DNA from: an archaeon
GTDB lineage: Archaea; Undinarchaeota; CAZHTU01; JBDRCC01
Direction: 5' to 3'
DNA: 12,088 nt
Assembly (NCBI GenBank): GCA_043822065.1
Contig: JBDRCC010000010.1
Span: forward strand, 1 to 12,088
Positions 1-6,047 of this stretch are shown one piece after another; within the stretch, counting starts at the first letter, position 1, and each line of letters starts with the position of its first letter. The position numbers and the translations under genes are program-made. A model generated the notes under the pieces. The model saw nothing but the letters and a program-made list of their open reading frames with translations, was not told where the DNA came from and searched no databases.

Positions 1-36
1 AAGATATATTAAGGGGCAGGGGGAATATATTTTTCT

Positions 37-309
37 ATGGGGAATAAAAGCCTCAGGTACCTGTTTGTCAAATTGCTTGACGGCAGCGCAGCAGAGCAGC
101 TCATGAAGGAGATTGCCAGCATGGGCTACGTCAAGAGCGTGTCCCGCATCTCAGCCGAGCTCGAGCTGATGTGCATAGTCGATGCCGCGACGATAGGCGA
201 GTTCTGGGGGAAGGTCAAGGCGTTCCACACTGGCAGGTACACCGCCAGGCACAGGCTTGCCAGGCTTTGGACGTTCCAGGCCATAAGGCTGACCCTGCTG
301 GGATTTTAG
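37..309 (+). CDS. Stand-alone Lrp/AsnC ligand-binding (RAM)-like domain protein, 90 aa, no HTH
   Basis: The pattern YLFVKL..G.AAEQLMKEIASMGYVKSVSRISAELELMCIVDAATIGEF resembles the RAM-domain pattern (xFVLVKV.PG..EEVA..L..LPEV.EV..VTGEYDL...V.A....EL..F). TATA-like TATATTAA at 5-12 lies 24 nt upstream of the ATG. Confidence 0.55.
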   Translation: MGNKSLRYLFVKLLDGSAAEQLMKEIASMGYVKSVSRISAELELMCIVDAATIGEFWGKVKAFHTGRYTARHRLARLWTFQAIRLTLLGF

Positions 310-333
310 CCATCGAAACAGTTTGCCAGTTTT

Positions 334-528
334 CTATTTCTCGAGCTTCTCAACGAGGTTCATTACGGCAGGGTACAGTATGCAGATAAATGGTATGCCA
401 TAGAAGATTATCATAAATGGGGAACAGTCGATGCCGCGGGATTGCGCAAACAGGCAGATTGCCGTGGAGAGGAAGGGGGCGGCCAGAAGACCCGCTATTC
501 CGAGCGCCAGAAGGGGGATTGCCCTCAT
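334..528 (-). CDS. Small membrane protein, 64 aa, two hydrophobic segments
   Basis: Two hydrophobic stretches. The start overlaps the stop of the upstream DUF835 gene (ATGA at 525-528), implying translational coupling. Confidence 0.65.
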   Translation of the reverse strand: MRAIPLLALGIAGLLAAPFLSTAICLFAQSRGIDCSPFMIIFYGIPFICILYPAVMNLVEKLEK

Positions 529-1466
529 TCACCCTCGCCGCGGAGGTAGCGGTAGAGTTCCTCTTCCGGGGCATCAGACTTTTTCATCCTGGCAAGGAAC
601 TCTTCCCTGTTGTCCTCGATAACGAAAAGGGATATCACGGCGTTGACGCTGGTTGCGCGGGCGACAACGTGTCTTGCAAATGTCTCTACAGGGTAGGGGG
701 CCTCCGGAAGGGCTGCCATCAGCTCCTTTGAGCCGGAGATCAGCTTGAAGGACACGTCCGGGCGCGTCGTCCGCAGGATTGTGTCAGAGACTGCCCTTGG
801 GTAGCTGTGTTTTTGCAGCTCCTTGAGCACGTCCTCCGTGCCGTTTTTTTTGAGTAGGGTCTTCAGCGCCTTTTCGAAGTCCAGTGAGAGGTATATGCCC
901 GTGCCGGCCCCCTTGTTGTAGAAAAAGTTTGTTTCGCGCTCAAGTACTTTTTTCAGGGTTTCGTCAAGCATCCCCTCGCCGATGGTAAAGATTAGGGTGG
1001 ACGCAGTTGTGCTTACCTCATCGATGAGCGACCTCAGCATTTTCAGCACGCTGTTTTTTTGGGCCTCGTACGCCTTCCATTCGGGCGTATCCTTGTCCTT
1101 CGAGGACTTTGGCTCCTCCCCCGGGCGGCTTGGGATGAACCTGCTCAAGTCGATTACTATTACGCAGGGCTTTTTTTCTGACAGGTACTGCTGCATGTCA
1201 TAGATGAAGCGCTCCTTGTTTTCCGGGTCTGTCGTCGTCTCAGTTTTGCTGTCCCGGGAGGTAAGCCAGACGTAGTCAAAGAACGGCGTTACTTGGTTTG
1301 ACTCCTTATACGCCGATGGGTTTGTGGCATAGGCAATTAGGATGTTCGGGACTCCGCTAAGCTTCAGGACGGAGAGGAAAGTGAGGAGCTCCTCCGAGGG
1401 GTCGTGGGTCGGCTCTTCATAGAAATACGTCCTGCCGCGGATTTGGTGGAGAAGTTTTTTGGACAT
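525..1466 (-). CDS. DUF835 (inactive RecA/KaiC-like fold) protein with a putative C-terminal Lrp/AsnC RAM-like domain
   Basis: DUF835 hallmarks appear in order: GRTYFYEE, VWLT, DPEN..RF, VIVID, SVLKMLRSLIDEV, LIFTI, LDETLKKVLERE (aa ~9-181). Residues ~189-285 show a RAM-like pattern ending FARHVVARATSVNAVISLFVIE. TATA TTATATT (minus strand, 1489-1495) lies 22 nt upstream. Confidence 0.75.
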   Translation of the reverse strand: MSKKLLHQIRGRTYFYEEPTHDPSEELLTFLSVLKLSGVPNILIAYATNPSAYKESNQVTPFFDYVWLTSRDSKTETTTDPENKERFIYDMQQYLSEKKPCVIVIDLSRFIPSRPGEEPKSSKDKDTPEWKAYEAQKNSVLKMLRSLIDEVSTTASTLIFTIGEGMLDETLKKVLERETNFFYNKGAGTGIYLSLDFEKALKTLLKKNGTEDVLKELQKHSYPRAVSDTILRTTRPDVSFKLISGSKELMAALPEAPYPVETFARHVVARATSVNAVISLFVIEDNREEFLARMKKSDAPEEELYRYLRGEGE

Positions 1467-1572
1467 GGAGTGCTTTTGTCTTTATAAGAATATAATGGTA
1501 GCGCTGGGCGGGAAGAATTATTTGCAATATAGAAAACAAATACTTTAAAATGATGGGCGCCATATAGTAAAC

Positions 1573-1971
1573 ATGCGCAATTTTCTGCTGCTCGCGGTGG
1601 TCTTGCTCAGCCTCGGGTGCCTTGAGGACGTCTACATCGGGAATTATGTTCCGAACACGTCGGCGTACCACTGGCCGAACATGTCTGCTTTTGACTTTAC
1701 CATAGAAAGCAAAAAGACCAGCTGCGGCCAGGTGACGTATGACGACATCTGCATTGACTGCAAGACGCTCGAGTCCGGGAAGACCATACAGTGCAACCTT
1801 GACTTCAAGTGGAGCAAGAAGTACCTGTGGGAGATTTGCACCCCGGAGGCGCCTTTCCCCCGCGGGAGCGCGCCGCACTATGGCCAGCCCTGCGCTGCTA
1901 GGGCCTTCAACACGACGGAGTGCTACCTGCTTCTTGAGGGAAAATTGGGGCGGCGGATACTGCCCTGCTAG
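1573..1971 (+). CDS. Cys-rich lipoprotein, 132 aa
   Basis: Signal peptide with lipobox-like MRNFLLLAVVLLSLG|C, followed by 8 further Cys. TATA TTTAAAA at 1544-1550 lies 22 nt upstream. Confidence 0.75.
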   Translation: MRNFLLLAVVLLSLGCLEDVYIGNYVPNTSAYHWPNMSAFDFTIESKKTSCGQVTYDDICIDCKTLESGKTIQCNLDFKWSKKYLWEICTPEAPFPRGSAPHYGQPCAARAFNTTECYLLLEGKLGRRILPC

Positions 1972-2135
1972 TCTTCAAGCTTTCTGAAGCCGGTTTCAGG
2001 CTCGTATGAGTAGTTGGACACGCAGAACCAGCAGTAGTATTTGATGGCCGCATTCTGGAAGGTGCTGTCGTTCCCGAAGTAGGTCCGCTCTTCCAGGTGC
2101 ATCCGGTTCTTGCAGTAGGGGCAGTCGGTGAACAT
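1968..2135 (-). CDS. Small zinc-ribbon protein, 55 aa (CPYC...CWFC)
   Basis: Reads MFTDCPYCKN...YYCWFCVS, with two CxxC pairs. Start re-assigned to ATG 2135 because TTATAAA (minus strand, 2158-2164) lies 22 nt upstream and the longer ORF would overlap the divergent gene. Confidence 0.75.
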   Translation of the reverse strand: MFTDCPYCKNRMHLEERTYFGNDSTFQNAAIKYYCWFCVSNYSYEPETGFRKLED

Positions 2136-2208
2136 GGCTTGAATTTGGCGGATGGGGTTTATAATGGTTTCAATTAGGTATATAAGATACTGGGGAGAAA
2201 TATCAAAT

Positions 2209-2901
2209 ATGCGCCACCCGACATTTGAGCAGATCATAGCGAAGTGCGACGAGCTTGTCCAGTACTCCATGGGCGTCTTCAGGGAGTACGGCCGGGGGGA
2301 GTTCGACAAGGGCCTGGCAAAGGTCTTCGACAAGAACGGCGCTGACCAGCTTTTCATGGACTTCCACAAAAAGGCGGAGGTGCTTATAGAACGCATCGTG
2401 ACAGGGAACGACGAACTCAGCGGCGCGGCAGAGGCGCTTGGGATGCTGAACAAGTCAGAGGACGACTACAACCTGATGATTTACGCAACAGTCACGCTCT
2501 CTGGAATCCTGCTGGGCATAAACGACTTTGGCCTGAAGAGGGCTGCAAAGGGCTTCAGCGGGGACAAGATGACCGTGATAGCGCACATGGGCTGGCAGGT
2601 TTATTCCGCCGCAGAGGAGCTGTTCGGGACACTAAAGGACTGCATGGCGCAGTTCGACATCAAGTTCGATGCCGAAGAGGCAGCCCCGGTGCCGGAGGGA
2701 GACGTGCCAAAGGGCGCAGACAGGAAGCTCTGGAAAAAGATTGAAGACGCCAGGGCAGGCGAGGTTCTCAAGTGCCCGTACAACCCCGAGCACAGCATAA
2801 TCGCAGGCTACAGCTTCTGCCCGCACTGCTCGAAGCGCGACGGAAAGAAAAAGGACTGGGTAATTGTGGAGCTGCCGAAACCGAAGAAGCGGAGAAGGTA
2901 G
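2209..2901 (+). CDS. Hypothetical protein, 230 aa, with a C-terminal Zn-finger-like CPYNPEH-x8-CPHC motif and a polybasic tail
   Basis: Long ORF with GC-rich third codon positions. Start re-assigned to ATG 2209 because TATATAA at 2179-2185 lies 23 nt upstream. Ends LPKPKKRRR. Confidence 0.75.
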   Translation: MRHPTFEQIIAKCDELVQYSMGVFREYGRGEFDKGLAKVFDKNGADQLFMDFHKKAEVLIERIVTGNDELSGAAEALGMLNKSEDDYNLMIYATVTLSGILLGINDFGLKRAAKGFSGDKMTVIAHMGWQVYSAAEELFGTLKDCMAQFDIKFDAEEAAPVPEGDVPKGADRKLWKKIEDARAGEVLKCPYNPEHSIIAGYSFCPHCSKRDGKKKDWVIVELPKPKKRRR

Positions 2902-3168
2902 CTATTTTAATTCTTTCAGGTATTGCTTTGTCGTGGAGACGTACCAGTTGAAGTGGAGGGCAGCGTGCACGAGCATCAGGAATACCATAAGGAGCCCGAT
3001 TTTTTCGTGGAGGGAAATCCACGTGGCCTTGTAGAGCGAGAGAATTGAGAATACGCCAGAGTGTGGCCCGCGCGGGGAGAAAAAAAGTATCACCCCGCTG
3101 AGCCCGGTAACAGTAAATGAAGCAAGCAAGCCAACATCAATTATGTAGTTGATGCGGCGCGTCTTCAT
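2902..3168 (-). CDS. DUF4405-family membrane protein (flavinylation-associated cytochrome-like domain), 88 aa
   Basis: NYIIDVGLLASF...TGLSGVIL...W..LHEKIGL.MV.LMLVHAALHFNW matches the DUF4405 pattern, with conserved His residues in the TM segments. Confidence 0.85.
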   Translation of the reverse strand: MKTRRINYIIDVGLLASFTVTGLSGVILFFSPRGPHSGVFSILSLYKATWISLHEKIGLLMVFLMLVHAALHFNWYVSTTKQYLKELK

Positions 3169-3183
3169 TTTTTCCGCGAGATT

Positions 3184-3231
3184 TTATCTCTTGCGCTTAG
3201 GGGCTTTCTTTTTTGGTTTTGCTTTTGCCAT
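3184..3231 (-). CDS. Lys-rich micropeptide MAKAKPKKKAPKRKR (15 aa), absent from the ORF track
   Basis: ATG at 3229-3231 and TAA at 3184-3186. A perfect SD (GGAGGT, 3236-3241) lies 4 nt upstream of the ATG. Confidence 0.65.
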   Translation of the reverse strand: MAKAKPKKKAPKRKR

Positions 3232-3282
3232 TTTTACCTCCGATGATTCGATGATTATGTGATGTGCACAAAGATGGAAAAA

Positions 3283-3357
3283 TTATTTCCGCTTCTTTGG
3301 CTTTGCTTTTGTCTTTGGTTTTGTTTTCTTTTTTGGTTTACAACATCCGCATGCCAT
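3283..3357 (-). CDS. Cys/Lys-rich micropeptide MACGCCKPKKKTKPKTKAKPKKRK (24 aa), absent from the ORF track
   Basis: ATG at 3355-3357 and TAA at 3283-3285. SD GGAGG (3362-3366) lies 4 nt upstream, with TATA TTTATAT (3397-3403) further upstream. Confidence 0.7.
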   Translation of the reverse strand: MACGCCKPKKKTKPKTKAKPKKRK

Positions 3358-3379
3358 TTTTCCTCCGCAGGATAAGTGT

Positions 3380-3410
3380 GCATAAGCGATTATGCGATAT
3401 AAACCTATCT
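3380..3410 (-). promoter_or_regulatory. TATA box (TTTATAT, 3397-3403) with an adjacent inverted repeat GCATAA-N4-TTATGC (3380-3395), putative operator
   Basis: The minus strand reads AGATAGG-TTTATAT-C-GCATAA-TCGC-TTATGC. The palindrome lies between the TATA box and the expected transcription start of the micropeptide unit. Confidence 0.6.
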
Positions 3411-3462
3411 GAAGGAAAAAAATTGCGCAAGAAAGATTTTTATTGTGCGCGTTTCATATAAT

Positions 3463-3491
3463 TGTTCGCCTAATTCAGAATTATGGAAGAT
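3463..3491. other. dif-like / Xer-binding-site-like sequence overlapping the xerA start codon
   Basis: TGTTCGCCTAA-TTCAGAA-TTATGGAAGAT. Each 11-bp arm matches the corresponding E. coli dif arm (GGTGCGCATAA / TTATGTTAAAT) at 8/11 positions. The spacer is 7 bp, and the inner TAATTC-A-GAATTA is a perfect inverted repeat. Confidence 0.4.
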
Positions 3492-4370
3492 GACAACTGG
3501 TCGAATGCATTCGCTGAGCCGCTGAAACAGGAAAAAAAGGAGGCGCGGCCTGACGACCGCGTGGAGGCGTTCAGGCGCTCGCTCGTGATTGCAAACCGCA
3601 GCGAGAGGACGATTTCAAACTACATGATGTTCGTCCGAGACTTCTTCAAGTCGGTGAGGAAGGAGCCGCGGCGCGTGACGCAGGAAGACATTGAGTATTA
3701 TCTCGTCGAGCTGAAGGAGAAGCGCGGGTACAAGCCTGCGAGCCTCGCGCTCGCGTTCTCAGTCATGCGGAGCTTCTTCGACGCGTTCATGAAGATGGAC
3801 CTGACGCGCGGGATGCAGGCGCCGAAAATCGGGAGGCGGCTGCCGACTGTCCTGACGCGCGAGGAAGTCATTGCGCTGACGGATTCGGCAGGGAGCCTGA
3901 GGAACAAAGCCGTGATTCAGACGCTCTACTGCGGGCTGAGGCTGTCCGAGTGCATAAGCCTGAAGAAAGACGACATAGACTTCGCCTCGCATAAGGTTTA
4001 CATCATGCACGGCAAGGGGGACAAGGGCAGGACGATGCGGCTTTCGCAGAAGGCTGCGGGCCTCATGAAAAAATACCTTGAGGCGAGGAAGGGCGGCAGC
4101 GATTACATTTTTTCCGGAACGGCAGGGGAAAGGCTCACATCCCGCGCGGTGCAGAAGATGGTGGCGCGCGCGGCAGTGAGGGCGGGGATAAGCAAGCGCG
4201 TAACGCCGCACAAGCTCAGGCATTCGTTCGCAACGCACCTGCTGGAGTCCGGGACGGACATAAGGTACATCCAGGCCCTGCTCGGGCATTCCGACCTGTC
4301 AACGACGCAGATTTACACCCACGTGAGCGACAGCCAGCTCGACAAGATAAGGCTGCCGGGGGACGAATGA
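3483..4370 (+). CDS. xerA: Site-specific tyrosine recombinase, XerA/XerD-like, 295 aa
   Basis: N-terminal SAM-like domain (RSERTISNY). Catalytic motifs GLRLSE, GKGDKGR, TPHKLRHSFATHLL and LLGH...STTQIY are intact. There is no integron-integrase insertion between YIF and the HxxR box. Confidence 0.9.
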   Translation: MEDDNWSNAFAEPLKQEKKEARPDDRVEAFRRSLVIANRSERTISNYMMFVRDFFKSVRKEPRRVTQEDIEYYLVELKEKRGYKPASLALAFSVMRSFFDAFMKMDLTRGMQAPKIGRRLPTVLTREEVIALTDSAGSLRNKAVIQTLYCGLRLSECISLKKDDIDFASHKVYIMHGKGDKGRTMRLSQKAAGLMKKYLEARKGGSDYIFSGTAGERLTSRAVQKMVARAAVRAGISKRVTPHKLRHSFATHLLESGTDIRYIQALLGHSDLSTTQIYTHVSDSQLDKIRLPGDE

Positions 4371-4486
4371 AAGAGGAAAATGAGAAGATGACAAAGCGGC
4401 ATTTCCACGCCCATTACAGGCACGCCGGGGCGCTCCCGTTTGAGACGGAGGAGGACGCGCGGAAGAGAAAGAGGGAAAACAAATAG
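4367..4486 (+). CDS. Putative 39-aa His-rich/basic small protein coupled to xerA (MKEENEKMTKRHFHAHYRHAGALPFETEEDARKRKRENK)
   Basis: ATG at 4367-4369 overlaps the xerA stop (ATGA). The frame is open to TAG at 4484-4486, filling the gap exactly up to the next TATA box (TTATATA, 4487-4493). An alternative ATG lies at 4388. Confidence 0.45.
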   Translation: MKEENEKMTKRHFHAHYRHAGALPFETEEDARKRKRENK

Positions 4487-4514
4487 TTATATATCCTGAA
4501 TCCAATTTATATAT

Positions 4515-5030
4515 GTGATACCTGAATTAATCTATTTTGACGCCGCGGTCGTAGTCACCGGGATGCTTTACGGAGCCATCTGGAACGCGAACGTGATGAT
4601 GTTCTCGCTTTTTCTCGGGATATGCCTGCTTTCGAGGTACCCGAAGGTCGCGGTAGTCGACAGCTTCATAGTGATAGACCTCGTCGACTTTTTCACGCTC
4701 TACACGTACGCAACCCTCGGGACGGTATACGGGATGGCAATGCTCGTGCTCGGGTGCTGGCTCCCGCAGGCGTATTCCGTCGGCGAGTCGCCGATGGACA
4801 CGATAGACAGGATGGTCTCGCTCTTCTTTGCCCTCGGCGTTTTCGCAATCGCGCTGAAGCTCGGCGTGACGATGCTGATGGCGATAACAATCGGGATATT
4901 CGTCTCGATGATGCTCTGGGCGCTCGTGGCGGTGTTCATATTCCACGTGCCAGACCCGAGGTTCATCCTGATGGCGGTTGCCAAGCCGGTATTGTTCAAC
5001 AGGGTGCTGGCAATTATCGGGTGCTGCTAA
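4515..5030 (+). CDS. Polytopic membrane protein, 171 aa, possibly ECF S-component-like
   Basis: About 5-6 hydrophobic segments. IDLVDFFTLY...TLGTVYG recalls the S-component helix pattern. GTG start lies 21 nt after TTATATA. Confidence 0.7.
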   Translation: MIPELIYFDAAVVVTGMLYGAIWNANVMMFSLFLGICLLSRYPKVAVVDSFIVIDLVDFFTLYTYATLGTVYGMAMLVLGCWLPQAYSVGESPMDTIDRMVSLFFALGVFAIALKLGVTMLMAITIGIFVSMMLWALVAVFIFHVPDPRFILMAVAKPVLFNRVLAIIGCC

Positions 5031-5704
5031 GCTGTGGAGTGCATCTCGCACTCCTCCTTGAGCATTGGGTCGCTTATGCTCCCGCAGAGGGAGGGATTTG
5101 AATACGCTGTCGCGACGTTGCGGTAGCAGCTGTCGCGCTGTATGCCTTCGGGCACTATGGTGCAGAGCGCGTCCCTGCCGGTGTTTTCCGCAATCGCAGT
5201 ATAGCAAATCCCTCGCTCCTTGACGTCTGCGCAGGCGCCTGGCGCGTCGAACTTGATAGCGTAGTCGTAGAGGCAGGAGTTTTTCTCTATCCCAGTGAGG
5301 CGGTTGCACTCCGTGTAATCGAGCCTTGCCTCGGCACGCTCTCGGATGCATAGTGTGAACTTCTCGCCGTAGAGCCCAGCGCACGGGTCGGTGTATTTCT
5401 GGGTGAAAAGGCCGGCAAAGTCGGATGCCTCCATCCCCTCGAAGTAGTGGAGGCGGACAGAAGTGAGGACCACGAGGAAAATAATGAAAATCACGAGGTA
5501 GTGCATCGCCTCGACATAGAACGGCGCCTTGCCAGGCTTCTCGTGCGGCGCCCTCGGCTTGGCCTTTAGGTCAACCTCGGCCTGCTGGATGGCGTCGTCT
5601 ATCTGGCGCTCCCGGTATCCTGCCTTTTGGAGGGCGTTCCTGACCTGCGCCTCTGAATATCCGTCGTTTAATTCGCGCTCGACATACTCTAGAAGGGGGT
5701 CCAT
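5027..5704 (-). CDS. Single-pass membrane protein: N-terminal small helical domain, TM helix, Cys-pair repeats
   Basis: N-terminus LLEYVERELNDGYSEAQVRNALQKAGY...IDDA is a pattern common in DPANN hypothetical proteins. TM segment is YLVIFIIFLVVLTSV. It is followed by ~25-aa repeats of the type C..(I/L/V)......C(Y/L/I)...A, with 10 Cys in total. Confidence 0.85.
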   Translation of the reverse strand: MDPLLEYVERELNDGYSEAQVRNALQKAGYRERQIDDAIQQAEVDLKAKPRAPHEKPGKAPFYVEAMHYLVIFIIFLVVLTSVRLHYFEGMEASDFAGLFTQKYTDPCAGLYGEKFTLCIRERAEARLDYTECNRLTGIEKNSCLYDYAIKFDAPGACADVKERGICYTAIAENTGRDALCTIVPEGIQRDSCYRNVATAYSNPSLCGSISDPMLKEECEMHSTA

Positions 5705-5816
5705 GGCAGGTATAAGGATTCTTTATATAAATAAGATTTGGCTTCCATATTGAAAATAATTCGCACTTCTGAAAAGCTTTATATGGAAGTTGTGTTTAAT
5801 GACAGCCGGTCAAAAA

Positions 5817-6047
5817 ATGCGGGCAGTTTTACTAACACAGGATGGATGTGACAAGTGCGATTACGTAAAACAGTTCATACCGCCCGGCGCTGAGATTCAG
5901 GTTATGGATGCCAAGACCCCCGAGGGGATGGCAGAAGTCGCTTTCCACAAGCTGATGGGCTCCCACACCCCGGTCCTCATAATCGAGGACAGGGAAGTCG
6001 TGCAGGGCGCGCTTCAGATAAAGAAAAAGCTCCTGAACCTTCAGTAA
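5817..6047 (+). CDS. Small glutaredoxin/NrdH-like thioredoxin-fold protein, 76 aa
   Basis: CDKC active site and cis-Pro motif TPVLII. ATG 5817 is preferred because the TATA box (TTTATAT, 5778-5784) would place the transcription start downstream of the 5790 and 5799 starts. Confidence 0.85.
   Translation: MRAVLLTQDGCDKCDYVKQFIPPGAEIQVMDAKTPEGMAEVAFHKLMGSHTPVLIIEDREVVQGALQIKKKLLNLQ

Noticed and set aside
2136-2453. N-terminal extension of the 161-aa minus ORF (1968..2453)
   Set aside because: It overlaps the divergent gene and both TATA boxes. Only the last 55 aa (the zinc ribbon) are credible.
3375-3400. Canonical dif recombination site
   Set aside because: The spacer is only 4 bp, incompatible with normal Xer strand exchange. 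Retained only as an operator candidate.
3264-3461. 65-aa plus-strand hydrophobic ORF from the ORF track
   Set aside because: Its Phe/Leu richness is the antisense image of the Lys codons of the 24-aa micropeptide. It has a weak GTG start with no SD and runs across the divergent promoter region.
3483-4370. Integron integrase with a gene-cassette array
   Set aside because: It lacks the IntI-specific insertion before the HxxR box. Neighbouring genes alternate in orientation, have their own promoters, and I found no repeated attC-like hairpins.
4371-4514. tRNA or structured ncRNA (att site) downstream of xerA
   Set aside because: No cloverleaf, T-loop (GTTCRA) or convincing long stem. A short coupled ORF explains the region better.
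4527-5384. 285-aa minus-strand ORF and other alternative-frame ORFs here
   Set aside because: Arg/His-rich shadow frames overlapping two better-supported genes.
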